Source: an uncultured Gammaproteobacteria bacterium
Lineage (GTDB): Bacteria; Patescibacteriota; Patescibacteriia; Veblenbacterales; UBA10138
DNA length: 64,000 bases
Assembly: GCA_964453605.1 (NCBI GenBank)
Contig: CAYVOI010000001.1
Coordinates: forward strand, 484,095 to 548,094
Reading direction: 5' to 3'
Below are positions 25,096-35,023 of this stretch, one piece after another; positions within the stretch are counted from its first letter, which is position 1; every line of letters begins with the position of its first letter. The notes below the pieces were generated by a model. The model was not told the DNA's origin and ran no database searches. It saw only the letters and a list, made by a program, of their open reading frames with translations. A program made the position numbers and the translations under genes.

Positions 25096-25120
25096 ATCGC
25101 CCAAGGGGCGATTTTTTGTT
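25096..25120 (+). terminator. Rho-independent terminator downstream of the pseudo-tRNA
   Basis: AATCGCCC-aag-GGGCGATT followed by TTTTTTG. Confidence 0.6.
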
Positions 25121-25131
25121 ATGCTTTCACC

Positions 25132-25785
25132 ATGGGATTGTTTAGGCGTCATAGCAGGGGAGCGGGACTCACCACCGATAGAATAGAAGCCTTTAGCGAC
25201 GGCGTGTTCTCGATTGCCATTACCTTGCTGGTCCTAAGTGTAGCTGTACCGCAGCTTACACCAACTGAGCTGGCCCACGGTGACCTCTGGCCAAAACTCC
25301 TCAGCTACCTTATCAGCTTTGTGCTCATCGGACTGTTTTGGTACGGGCACCACATTATGTTCCACTTTATTAAACGCTCAGACCGTAACTTGGTACTCAT
25401 CAACTTGTTCTTCCTCATGCTGATAGCGTTTTTTCCCTTTCCAGCGGCACTCCTGGGGGAGTATGGGGCAGATACCGTGGCCAGCGTAATCTACGGGGCA
25501 ACACTGGTGGTGATGGGTCTCGCGTTCGCACTTATCTGGCAGTACGCTTCGCAGAACCGTCGACTAGTTGAAGCCAACCTACCTGACCGCATTATTACAT
25601 TGGGTAGACGTGTAGTTCTCACGGCACCACTTTTATACTTGGTAGCAGTAGTACTGGCGCTTATAAGCCCACGTTTTAGCCTGTGGGTGTATATAGTTGT
25701 GCCTGTGCTCTACCTGGTGCCGAGCCCCATCGACGAGCTGGTGGCCTACCACAGCCGCACCCCAGCAGTGGGCCAGGAGCTATGA
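25132..25785 (+). CDS. TMEM175/DUF1211-family potassium channel-like membrane protein
   Basis: The signature RIEAFSDGVFSIAITLLVL in TM1 is repeated in a second half. 217 aa, six TM. Confidence 0.75.
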   Translation: MGLFRRHSRGAGLTTDRIEAFSDGVFSIAITLLVLSVAVPQLTPTELAHGDLWPKLLSYLISFVLIGLFWYGHHIMFHFIKRSDRNLVLINLFFLMLIAFFPFPAALLGEYGADTVASVIYGATLVVMGLAFALIWQYASQNRRLVEANLPDRIITLGRRVVLTAPLLYLVAVVLALISPRFSLWVYIVVPVLYLVPSPIDELVAYHSRTPAVGQEL

Positions 25786-27047
25786 AGCGGTTCCTCAGGC
25801 GGTTAAGGGGTAGCCTAGGCCCGGGCTTTATCACCGGTGCCTCAGACGACGACCCCTCGGGCATAGCCACCTACGCCCAAACCGGGGCACAGTTTGGCTA
25901 CCAGCAGTTGTGGACTGCCTTTTTAGTTACTCCCTTTATGGCCGCCATTCAAGAAATGTGCGGCCGCATTGGTTTGGTAACGGGCAAGGGGTTAGCTGGT
26001 GTAATGCGCACCCACTACCACAAGAGCCTGCTCTATGGCGCCGTGGCGCTTCTGCTGGTTGCTAACACGGTGAACATTGGGGCCGACCTTTCGGCCATGG
26101 CGGCTTCTGTTCAGCTGTTGGTTGGCGGCTCGCGGTTCGTGTGGCTGGTGCTTATCGCGGTGGTGATTTTGCTGCTGGAGATATTTATTGTGTACCACGT
26201 CTACGCCAAGTACTTAAAGTACTTGGCCCTTAGCTTGCTGGCCTACGTGGTGACCGCCTTGGTGGTGCGCCAGAATTGGGGTGCAATTTTTACCGCGACA
26301 GTTTGGCCGCACGTTGAACTGTCGGGTGCCTTTCTCTTGAACCTGGTGGCTATACTGGGTACCACTATTTCGCCCTACCTGTTTTTTTGGCAGGCCGATG
26401 AAGAGGTGGAAGAAGAAGTGCTGGAACATAAGCTACGCACCATGGGGCAGGGTGTGCCGCGGGTAACGCCGGCTGACGTTCGCCACGAGGGGTGGGACAC
26501 GGCCATTGGCATGGTGCTGTCGAACCTCATTATGTTCTTTATCATTGTAACGGCGGCCAGCACTATTTTTACCGCCCAAGGCCCCACCGTAATCGGCAGC
26601 GCCACCCAAGCTGCCGCCATGCTGCGGCCAGTGGCAGGGAACTTAGCCTACGTGCTGTTCGTCCTCGGCATTTTAGGCACCGGGTTTTTGGCGGTACCGA
26701 TATTTGCGGCCTCAGCTTCGTACGCGGTCGCCGAGGTGGCGGGCTGGCGCGAGGGCTTGTACCGCAAATTTCGGCAAGCGCGTGGCTTTTACGGCATTAT
26801 GGCCATTTCCACATTGCTCGGGGTGCTGGTTAATTTTACCCCGCTCACGCCGTTCCAAATGCTGTACTACGCGGCGGTGCTCAATGGCCTGCTGGCGCCG
26901 CCGCTAATGGTGCTCATTTTGTTGATTGCTAATCGCAGGGACATCATGGGCCGCTATGTGAATACACATGCTTCGAATGTACTTGGTTGGACAATAACGG
27001 CGGTGATGGCAGTGTGCGCTGTGGCGTTACTTTGGTATTTAGTTTAG
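25782..27047 (+). CDS. mntH: NRAMP-family divalent metal (Mn2+/Fe2+) transporter
   Basis: GPGFITGASDDDPSGIATYAQTGAQFGY is the Nramp consensus motif. About 11 TM. The ATG overlaps the TMEM175 stop (ATGA). Confidence 0.85.
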   Translation: MKRFLRRLRGSLGPGFITGASDDDPSGIATYAQTGAQFGYQQLWTAFLVTPFMAAIQEMCGRIGLVTGKGLAGVMRTHYHKSLLYGAVALLLVANTVNIGADLSAMAASVQLLVGGSRFVWLVLIAVVILLLEIFIVYHVYAKYLKYLALSLLAYVVTALVVRQNWGAIFTATVWPHVELSGAFLLNLVAILGTTISPYLFFWQADEEVEEEVLEHKLRTMGQGVPRVTPADVRHEGWDTAIGMVLSNLIMFFIIVTAASTIFTAQGPTVIGSATQAAAMLRPVAGNLAYVLFVLGILGTGFLAVPIFAASASYAVAEVAGWREGLYRKFRQARGFYGIMAISTLLGVLVNFTPLTPFQMLYYAAVLNGLLAPPLMVLILLIANRRDIMGRYVNTHASNVLGWTITAVMAVCAVALLWYLV

Positions 27048-27150
27048 CTGGGGTGCTTGACGCGGCATGAGCTTTATGCTAAGGTAGCTAGAAAATAAAT
27101 TAGCAACAAACTAATTCACCTTCACATCAAAATAATATAAGGAGAACGTC

Positions 27151-27903
27151 ATGAACAAAACGCTCAGAGCGTTTGTGGTAGCATGCTGTGGTATTCTGGT
27201 CGGCAGCCTAACTGCCGCCCGCATCGACGGGTACTTTTGGTGGCTCGGCGCCCTGCTCGGCGGAGCAGTTTTCTACTTTGTGTATGAGTGGAACGATGTG
27301 GTGGCTGGTGCCAAAACAGCCTGGCGCTACGTAGAAGCTTGGCCGTCTGATCGGGAATGGCATCGATACTTCTGGCAAAATGCTCTGTACGATACTGTTT
27401 CGGCAACCACATTATCGGGAGTATGGGCCGCCATATTGAGGTTAAGTCAACTAGACATATGGTCTAATCTGTTAACTTGGATAGCAATGTTAATAGTCAT
27501 GGGCCTTTTCCAGGCAGTAATGGATATGCCCCCGCGTGAGAACTGGGCCGAATGCCTGGCAGAAAATAGAGCTCGTGCCATTCGGTATAATCTACTCACC
27601 CTATTGTTCTACCACCCCTGGCGCTGGTTGTGGCAGGGAGTGGTGTGGGTGGCACCCCGCGTTATGCCAGCACTCAAAACTGGCATGGCCTTCATCGTAG
27701 CTTGGGTGAAAATCATCCATTCCTACAGGCGCCTCATCGGTACCCTTGATGTTACCGCCTTCTCAGTCATAGCGTACCTTACCCACGCTTCGGTAATCAG
27801 TATACTGCTGTGGGCGGTTGGCGGTGGACTGTTTGTGGTGTTCCACATTAAGGTCATCGCCAGACGGTGGTTAAACGTGGTGCCCGTAAACGGCACTGCC
27901 TGA
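27151..27903 (+). CDS. Hypothetical polytopic membrane protein
   Basis: 250 aa with multiple TM helices. SD AAGGAG. No named motif. Confidence 0.45.
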   Translation: MNKTLRAFVVACCGILVGSLTAARIDGYFWWLGALLGGAVFYFVYEWNDVVAGAKTAWRYVEAWPSDREWHRYFWQNALYDTVSATTLSGVWAAILRLSQLDIWSNLLTWIAMLIVMGLFQAVMDMPPRENWAECLAENRARAIRYNLLTLLFYHPWRWLWQGVVWVAPRVMPALKTGMAFIVAWVKIIHSYRRLIGTLDVTAFSVIAYLTHASVISILLWAVGGGLFVVFHIKVIARRWLNVVPVNGTA

Positions 27904-28005
27904 AAAGATTCATTGCTCGTTCTGTTATAGCCTCGCTGTATTTTTCGGCGGGGCTTTTGTTATACTTGTCGCCACAGTGTACTGTTGTAGTGCTAGCTAC
28001 CGCGT

Positions 28006-29439
28006 GTGCTATACTTAATATCCATGCGCGTAACGTTTTTTGGCGGTGCGGGTGGGGTAACTGGCTCCAAGCACCTGGTTGAAGTTGGCAGTAGCAAAAT
28101 TTTGCTTGACTGCGGCATGTTCCAGGGCCACCGGCGCGAGGCTAGGGTCTTGAACAGCGCTCTGCCGTTTGACCCTAAAACCTTAAACGCGGTGGTGCTA
28201 TCGCACGGGCACCTGGACCACTGTGGTATGCTGCCGCTGCTTATCAAGCAGGGCTACACGGGGAAAATTTACGCCACCGCTGCCACGCACGACGTGGCTG
28301 AGTGGATTCTGAAAGACGCCGCTCATATTCAGAAGCAAGACGCCCGCTACATGAACCGCCACCGCATAGAAGGGGCCGAGCTTGCTAAGCCGCTCTACAC
28401 CATGGCCGACGTTGACCAGGTGGTAAAGCGGTTTGTGGCCGTGCCCTACGCCCGAGAGCTTAACGGCTGGTTTAACCTAGGTCCCTATGCCCCAAACGTG
28501 AGGTTGAAGCTCTACGATGCCGGACACATCTTAGGTTCGTCGGTCACCGTTTTAGAGGGCGAAGAGAATAGTACCGTGCAACGTTTAGCCTTCACCGGGG
28601 ACCTGGGGCGCCGTGGTACGCCGCTCCTGCCTGACCCTGAGCCAATTCAGGAAGAGGTCGAAACGCTCCTCATGGAGAGCACCTACGGTAACCGGCTCCA
28701 CCAACCCGTGGCCGAAGCTATTCAAACGTTGCGGGCGGTGGTGTGCCGTGTCTACGACCAAAAAGGCAAAGTTATTGTCCCCTCGTTTGCCATGGGGCGT
28801 ACCCAAGAACTTATCTATGTGCTACACGAGCTGACCGATAGGGGAGAGCTGCCCCGCCTGCCGGTGTACGTAGACAGCCCGCTGGCCACCCACCTCACGG
28901 ATGTGTTTACCGTTCACCCGGAAGACCTGGACCAAGAATCGTGGCGCGACTTTGGCCAGCGTGGGGAAGTACCACTGGCGTTTAGGAACCTCCGGTACGT
29001 TCGCACACAGGACGAGTCCAAGGCCCTCAACGCGGCGCCGGGGCCCTTCATGGTGATAGCTGCCTCAGGTATGTGCGAGGCAGGCCGGATACTGCACCAC
29101 CTAGCCAATGGTATTAGCGACCCCAAGAACACTATTTTGATTACTGGGTTTCAGGCGCAGAATACCCTAGGGCGTCGGCTAGTCGAGGGGGTAAAAGAGG
29201 TACGAATTTTTGGCACCATCTACCCGGTGAGAGCTCAGGTGGTTGTACTCAATGAGTTTAGCGCCCACGCTGACGCCGCCGAGCTTAAAGCCTACGCCGA
29301 GAGCGTCCGGGGCCTCAAGCGGGTTTTCCTCGTGCACGGCGAAACCAGCCAAGCTGAAGCCCTGGCGCAAGACCTACAAGCTAAGCACCCTGACTGGCAG
29401 GTGCACGTAGCTGAGCCCAGCCAGACCTTTGAACTCTAA
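28006..29439 (+). CDS. MBL-fold beta-CASP ribonuclease (RNase J/CPSF-like)
   Basis: HGHLDHCG metallo-beta-lactamase motif. Later Asp and His residues are spaced as in beta-CASP. About 470 aa. Confidence 0.7.
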   Translation: MLYLISMRVTFFGGAGGVTGSKHLVEVGSSKILLDCGMFQGHRREARVLNSALPFDPKTLNAVVLSHGHLDHCGMLPLLIKQGYTGKIYATAATHDVAEWILKDAAHIQKQDARYMNRHRIEGAELAKPLYTMADVDQVVKRFVAVPYARELNGWFNLGPYAPNVRLKLYDAGHILGSSVTVLEGEENSTVQRLAFTGDLGRRGTPLLPDPEPIQEEVETLLMESTYGNRLHQPVAEAIQTLRAVVCRVYDQKGKVIVPSFAMGRTQELIYVLHELTDRGELPRLPVYVDSPLATHLTDVFTVHPEDLDQESWRDFGQRGEVPLAFRNLRYVRTQDESKALNAAPGPFMVIAASGMCEAGRILHHLANGISDPKNTILITGFQAQNTLGRRLVEGVKEVRIFGTIYPVRAQVVVLNEFSAHADAAELKAYAESVRGLKRVFLVHGETSQAEALAQDLQAKHPDWQVHVAEPSQTFEL

Positions 29440-29443
29440 ACGT

Positions 29444-30826
29444 ATGTCAAGAAAGGCAACACTACTCGCTTTGTACGTAGGAGCTGCTCTACTGCTGAGC
29501 CCTGGTGTGTCATGGGCAGCTACAGCACCTGAACCACCAGTTACAACAGCGGTTACTGGTAGTTTACTTGAAATTACCCGTGGGCTGTGGCAAGAACTTC
29601 AAGCCAGTTTAGATACGCCAGCCGCTCGAGCGGTCAAACCAACCATTGTCCGGAGTAGCTCGGTCCCACTTACCCTGACTTTGGGTCTCTATGACGAGGT
29701 GGCCGGAACCACCCAGCACGTTAGGGTTACCCAAAAGGGTGCCAAGCTTACACCACTCGACACTACACCATACCAATTTAAGCTAAAGCGTAACAACGGC
29801 GTGAATAGTGAACTAGAGGTAGTTGGCGCACCAAACGTACATGTGTTAGCGCTCATTCGCCCTATCCTGGCGTCGATTGGTACTAAGCGTCACCCCCGGT
29901 TCCAGGTGACCAACGTGGCGTACGTGCCCTACAGTGACTACCTGAACCGGCCTGAGGTTGTAGCGGCGGGTGCGGCGTACCTCAAAGCGAATGTTCAAGC
30001 GGTGCTCGATGAGCTCAAGGCTTTAGGCGTCCGTTCGCACGCCTACCCCGGCGTTTTGCTGGCTGACGCGGTGAGCCCAGCCGTGGTTTCTTCTATCATC
30101 GCCATTGAGCATGCCAGCACGTATGCACTACAACAAGACGCTGCGAGCTACCTCAGTGCCTTCTACGTAACGCTCGCTACCAACCAAAACCAATCATTTG
30201 CCTACGCCAAGTCAACTGCCGCCGCACGCGGCTTGGTGCAATTCATTCCCAGTACGTACAAACGCCTGGTAAAGTCTCGGCCAGACCTCGGGCTCTATGC
30301 TGATTTCGAACGAGGTATGGAAGACCCCTACAACGCTATGAAAGCAGAAATCGGGTTGCTGGATGCTAACCTAGCTACTCTACCGAATGAAGTGCGGAGC
30401 CGCTATGAGGGCGACGATGCCACCTTGGGTGCCTACCTGGCCGCTATCTACAACGGCGGCTCGACACGAGTTAAACGGGCTATTGCCGCCTGGGGGGAGT
30501 TGTGGGCGCAAGACCAAACTAAAACCTTGAACAGCTTGAAACTTGAACTAAGCAGCGCTAAAGCTGAACTCAAGGCCGCGCGTCGGAAGCTAACTAGCAG
30601 AACCCTCAGCAAGAATGAACGAGCACAACTGACAGCTAAAGTAAACAGGCTCACGGCCAAGGTAAGCAACCTCAGCGCTACCTACAGTAAAGGGAAAACA
30701 GCCCTCCTCAAGCGGGAAACCGTTGAGTATGTTGCTAAATTTAAGCTAGCCTACGCCTACTTTGCCGCTGTGCCCGAGGCGGCTAAGGTGGCTACGGTTC
30801 AAGCTGACACCCATTTACAAAACTAG
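29444..30826 (+). CDS. Secreted protein with lytic transglycosylase (SLT)-like domain and C-terminal coiled coil
   Basis: Signal peptide MSRKATLLALYVGAALLLSPGVSWA. GLVQFIPSTY resembles the SLT GLMQ motif. The C-terminal coiled coil is LKLELSSAKAELKAARRKL... Confidence 0.5.
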   Translation: MSRKATLLALYVGAALLLSPGVSWAATAPEPPVTTAVTGSLLEITRGLWQELQASLDTPAARAVKPTIVRSSSVPLTLTLGLYDEVAGTTQHVRVTQKGAKLTPLDTTPYQFKLKRNNGVNSELEVVGAPNVHVLALIRPILASIGTKRHPRFQVTNVAYVPYSDYLNRPEVVAAGAAYLKANVQAVLDELKALGVRSHAYPGVLLADAVSPAVVSSIIAIEHASTYALQQDAASYLSAFYVTLATNQNQSFAYAKSTAAARGLVQFIPSTYKRLVKSRPDLGLYADFERGMEDPYNAMKAEIGLLDANLATLPNEVRSRYEGDDATLGAYLAAIYNGGSTRVKRAIAAWGELWAQDQTKTLNSLKLELSSAKAELKAARRKLTSRTLSKNERAQLTAKVNRLTAKVSNLSATYSKGKTALLKRETVEYVAKFKLAYAYFAAVPEAAKVATVQADTHLQN

Positions 30827-30850
30827 GTAAATGTGTTAAGGTATACCTAA

Positions 30851-32449
30851 ATGACTAACCCACTGACCAATAACCTCCTACACCAGCTCGACGAGGCTCG
30901 CGTAGCTGAGGAGCGGCCACCAGCCGGTAACCTGATACACGTTTCGGAAATCACCAGCTTACCGGCGTTTGTGTATGAAAAAATTAGAAACATCATTGAC
31001 TACAAAGACGAGTACCTCCTCCGTAAGAACGCTATTCGCCGGTTCCTGAAGCGTAGCTTGTTGCTCCCGAAACTGGCGCAGTCGCCTGAAGCGGCGGTGC
31101 GTGCTTTGGTGCGAGAGCTTGTTCTCTCACGGTACCTGAAAAACGATAGCGTGCCTGAAACGGTCGTGGCTACCTTGGGCCCTATCTTAGGTAAGTACTA
31201 CGAACTCTTTAGCGAACTCGGCCGATTAGGTTGTGACGCCCCCCGCTGGCGGGAACAAGTGCAGGGCATTGCGGCCGTGGAGTGCGACTCGCACCTAGTA
31301 TCACCAGCCGAGCGTAATGCCTACGTGAGCTACGCCTACCAACTGCTGCAGCCCGTGCTACAGCTGCCCGACGCGCTGGAGTCGGACGACGCCAAGAAGG
31401 TTCAACTGGTGCTAACCCTAGAGCGGGTGCTAGAGCGGGCTGACCGTGACATCATCAACTACTACCTCTTGAGGCACTACTTCCCTGATTGGTTTACCCT
31501 CTCGCCCGAAACGGCGGCCCGCTGGTTAGCACCACAGGTGGGGGCTTGCCTCAAAACCTTTGCCGAGCTCCAGGACTACCGCTTGGGCCGGAGGCTCCTG
31601 CCGCCCGTGAAGCGCCTCCTGGTGCCGCTCATAACCCTCCGCGACCTTTTCCACACTGGCCAAGGCAGCCGGCGTGACCTGCTTAGTAAACCACAGAAAC
31701 TCGAAAGCTTGATTCGGGAAACCTACCAGAGCTACTGGCGCGCCACGCGTAAGCGCATTCGCCGCAAGGGGTTTCACGCCATGGCGTACATTTTTCTTAC
31801 TAAAATGCTCCTAGCGCTCTTACTAGAAATACCCTACGAGCGCATTGTCTTGCAACAGGAGCACCTCACGTACCTGCCATTAGCCATTAACCTCTTGTTT
31901 CCACCGCTCCTCATGCTAGTCATCACCTTGCTCATTAAGTCACCGGAGGCGCACAATGAAGCTCGGGTGGTTACCGGCGTTCAGGAAATGGTCTACGGCG
32001 GCGAGGCTGACTTCTTTAAGCCCTACCGTCTCAAAACTGCTCCACCGAAGTTCTGGCGACGTTTCTTCTACAGCTTGCTCTACCTCATAACGTTTGGGGC
32101 CACCTTTGGGCTCTTGGTCTGGCTACTGTCGAGTCTCGGGTTTAACCTACTCTCAGGCGCACTGTTTATCTTCTTCATCAGCCTGGTGAGCTTCTTTGGT
32201 ATCTCCTTGAGGCAGCAGGCTCGGCAGCTCAAGGTGGTAGCGGGGAAAGAAACCTTTAGTGCCTTCGTGGTCGACTTCTTCACCCTACCGGTGGTGGCGT
32301 TTGGCAAGTGGCTCTCGACTACCTTTGATAAGGTAAACATTTTTGTGTTCTTCCTCGATTTCCTATTTGAGATGCCGTTCAAGTCACTCCTCAAGATAAT
32401 CGAGGACTGGTTTGCATTCTTAAAAGAAAAGAAAGATGAAATGTACTGA
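30851..32449 (+). CDS. Hypothetical protein with C-terminal TM helices
   Basis: 532-aa ORF. Soluble N-terminal half, then about 6 TM helices in the C-terminal half. Confidence 0.45.
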   Translation: MTNPLTNNLLHQLDEARVAEERPPAGNLIHVSEITSLPAFVYEKIRNIIDYKDEYLLRKNAIRRFLKRSLLLPKLAQSPEAAVRALVRELVLSRYLKNDSVPETVVATLGPILGKYYELFSELGRLGCDAPRWREQVQGIAAVECDSHLVSPAERNAYVSYAYQLLQPVLQLPDALESDDAKKVQLVLTLERVLERADRDIINYYLLRHYFPDWFTLSPETAARWLAPQVGACLKTFAELQDYRLGRRLLPPVKRLLVPLITLRDLFHTGQGSRRDLLSKPQKLESLIRETYQSYWRATRKRIRRKGFHAMAYIFLTKMLLALLLEIPYERIVLQQEHLTYLPLAINLLFPPLLMLVITLLIKSPEAHNEARVVTGVQEMVYGGEADFFKPYRLKTAPPKFWRRFFYSLLYLITFGATFGLLVWLLSSLGFNLLSGALFIFFISLVSFFGISLRQQARQLKVVAGKETFSAFVVDFFTLPVVAFGKWLSTTFDKVNIFVFFLDFLFEMPFKSLLKIIEDWFAFLKEKKDEMY

Positions 32450-33095
32450 CCAGCCTCGGTGGCGGAAAACGAAATTCCTTTTATGCGGGCTACTGGTCGT
32501 GGGTTTGAGCGGCTGCAGCCTGACCCCGCCACCCATTACCCCACCCACTACCCCTGACATCACCCTTAATCAATCCGCGGTACCCGAACCTGCGCCAGAA
32601 CCCCAAAACCCTATGCCTCAAGCAACTTCCGCCACGCTCCACACCACCTACGGCGACATCACCTTCGCCTTTTACCCCGAGTCACCAAACACGGTGGCTA
32701 ATTTTGTTAAGCTGGCGAGCTCAGGCTTCTACGATGGCGTTAGGTTCCACCGCGTCATTAAAGGTTTCATGCTCCAAACTGGCGACCCCAACTCTAAAGA
32801 CAGCGACTGGTCAAACGATGGACGCGGTGGCCCAGGCTACACCTTTGCGGACGAATTTAACCAGCACAAGCTGGTGCGGGGGAGCGTGGCGATGGCGAAC
32901 GCGGGACCCGATACTAACGGCAGCCAATTTTTTATAGTGACAGCTGAAGCTACTCCCTGGCTCGACGGCCACCACACGAACTTTGGCTACATCACCGCTG
33001 GTATGGATGTGGTAGATAAAATTGAATCAGCCAAAACAAACGGGAGCGACCACCCGCTCCAGGACATCACCATTACCAGCATTACCCTAGAGTAG
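32436..33095 (+). CDS. Cyclophilin-type peptidyl-prolyl cis-trans isomerase, lipoprotein
   Basis: FHRVIKGFMLQTGDP, GSVAMANAGPDTNGSQFFI and the WLDGHHTNFG cyclophilin core. Lipobox LSGCS. Confidence 0.85.
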   Translation: MKCTDQPRWRKTKFLLCGLLVVGLSGCSLTPPPITPPTTPDITLNQSAVPEPAPEPQNPMPQATSATLHTTYGDITFAFYPESPNTVANFVKLASSGFYDGVRFHRVIKGFMLQTGDPNSKDSDWSNDGRGGPGYTFADEFNQHKLVRGSVAMANAGPDTNGSQFFIVTAEATPWLDGHHTNFGYITAGMDVVDKIESAKTNGSDHPLQDITITSITLE

Positions 33096-33103
33096 GACGC
33101 GCT

Positions 33104-33730
33104 ATGGGTGACGCGACGCTCGCACCAGCTGATAGCTACGTAAAGTTTAGCGTTGAGCTAACGCCGGGCGTGCCCCCTGAGGTGCCGGATTTTGCTAACC
33201 TGGTGGCTTGGCGCCAGCGGCTGTTTGACCAGGGTTTGGTGGGTATGTACCCCAACGGCGTAGGCTTTGGCAACCTCAGCTTGCGCTACACGCCAAGCGC
33301 TGAGTTTCTCATTACCGGCACCGCCACCGGTGAACTGCGTAGCATTGACCTCGCTCACTGCGTCAAGGTAGCGCGCTCCGATATCAACGCCAACAAGGTG
33401 TGGGCACAGGGCGAACTCCTACCCTCGTCAGAGTGCTTAACCCACGCTGCCCTCTACCAGGGCGAGCCTAGCTGCACGGCTGTGGTCCACGTGCACAACC
33501 TGGCGCTCTGGCAGGCCTGGCGTTTCCAGGTACCCACCACGTCGCCGGCAGCAGCCTACGGTACCCCGGCCATGGCCAACGAGGTTAGCCGTTTGCTACG
33601 CGACGCCGATCTCAAGCGCAACAGGTTCCTCGTCATGGGTGGACACGAGAAGGGGATTATCACCTTCGGCCATAGCATGGCAGAAGCGGTTCAGACACTG
33701 CTCAATGCCCTAGCTCGAACACCGCTATGA
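33104..33730 (+). CDS. Class II aldolase/adducin-family protein
   Basis: VVHVHN metal-binding motif and MGGHEKGIITFGHSMAEA, typical of class II aldolases/epimerases such as FucA, MtnB and 5-deoxyribulose-1-P aldolase. Confidence 0.65.
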   Translation: MGDATLAPADSYVKFSVELTPGVPPEVPDFANLVAWRQRLFDQGLVGMYPNGVGFGNLSLRYTPSAEFLITGTATGELRSIDLAHCVKVARSDINANKVWAQGELLPSSECLTHAALYQGEPSCTAVVHVHNLALWQAWRFQVPTTSPAAAYGTPAMANEVSRLLRDADLKRNRFLVMGGHEKGIITFGHSMAEAVQTLLNALARTPL

Positions 33731-34431
33731 TTCGCTGGTTGTTCATTGATATTGACAACACTATCTGCAACTCGTCCCTGGCCTACCAGCGTGCGTTCGC
33801 TGGGTGCTACCGAACCTTCCACCGCACCTACCCCCTAGTACCCGAACGCCGCTTCGCGCAAGCCTACGAGCGTGCCCGGGCACGAATCCACCGGCGCTTA
33901 CGGGGTACGGCGGCTATGCACGACCGCGCGCTCTACTTTGAAGAGCTCCTCCACGACCTCAGCCTGCCGTTCTCGGCTGCAGTACTTAAACGCTTGACAG
34001 CCACGTACTGGCAGCAGACCTACCGCAACCTACGGCTCTACCGCGGGGTACGTGCGACCTTGCGCACCGTGCGACGTGAAGGCATACGTATTGGTGTTGT
34101 GTCCGACCTGCTCGAAGCAGTTCAGGTACAAAAGCTCAAGCGTTTGGGGGTCGATGTCTACATCGATTTCCTGATTACCAGCGAGGCCGTCGGCCATGAA
34201 AAGCCGAGCCCAGCCATCTTCCGCGCGGCGTTGGAGCGCGCAGGCTGCCGCCCGAGCGAAGCGGTGATGGTGGGTGATTCAGCCAAACGTGATATCCTAG
34301 GGGCACGCCGCCTCGGCCTCAAAACTGTTCTGATCGGCCTCAGCCGTCATAGCCGTGCCAGCGCCAGCCTGCGTTCGTTTACCCAACTCACCCCACGCTT
34401 ACTCCAGCGTCTCAGCGGCACCCACCTATGA
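33727..34431 (+). CDS. HAD-superfamily hydrolase
   Basis: FIDIDNT (DxDxT motif I), GVVSD (motif II), K...GDS..D (motifs III/IV). It overlaps the aldolase gene by 4 nt. Confidence 0.7.
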   Translation: MIRWLFIDIDNTICNSSLAYQRAFAGCYRTFHRTYPLVPERRFAQAYERARARIHRRLRGTAAMHDRALYFEELLHDLSLPFSAAVLKRLTATYWQQTYRNLRLYRGVRATLRTVRREGIRIGVVSDLLEAVQVQKLKRLGVDVYIDFLITSEAVGHEKPSPAIFRAALERAGCRPSEAVMVGDSAKRDILGARRLGLKTVLIGLSRHSRASASLRSFTQLTPRLLQRLSGTHL

Positions 34432-34892
34432 ACTTAGCCCTTGATTTCCTCAGGGAATCCCTGAGGTTTAACCAAGAGTACAAAGAATCACTAGACCACA
34501 AAGCCTCGTTCCTCTTAGGTATTGCCTCGGTCGTCTTGGTGTTAAGCCTCAACAACCTACAGAAACCTGGGTTCCTCGTGGTCGCACTCGGGGCCTTAGC
34601 TTCGAGCATATTCTCCATCTGGGTCATTAGCTTCCCCTTTCGTAAAACCCACCGCGGCCAGTTTAGTTTAATTTGCGCCTGGGGTTTTGAACACCTCACG
34701 GAAGGGGAGTACAACCGCCAAATTGAACAGGTCATGAACAACGAGCCAGCTGTGATCAACACCTACAAGAAAGAAATTTTTGCACTGTCCGAGTACTCTA
34801 TTAAAATCAAACTTCACTTTATTAAGTTAGCTTCACTCGCGCTCACCATCGGGTTGGTAGCGGGGTTAGTGGTTATCGTCTTAAACCGCTAG
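34428..34892 (+). CDS. Hypothetical small membrane protein
   Basis: 154 aa, 3-4 TM helices. It overlaps the upstream gene by 4 nt. Confidence 0.4.
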   Translation: MNLALDFLRESLRFNQEYKESLDHKASFLLGIASVVLVLSLNNLQKPGFLVVALGALASSIFSIWVISFPFRKTHRGQFSLICAWGFEHLTEGEYNRQIEQVMNNEPAVINTYKKEIFALSEYSIKIKLHFIKLASLALTIGLVAGLVVIVLNR

Positions 34893-35023
34893 TGCTAGAG
34901 CTATGCTTAAACAGCGAGTTCTATTTGCCTTGTCGCTCCTGGGGTTGCTGCTCTTTGTACTGGTGAGCGTGCTAGCCTGGCAAAAGCCGGGGGGAACGCT
35001 GTAGCTCCCGGGTACCTAACGTT

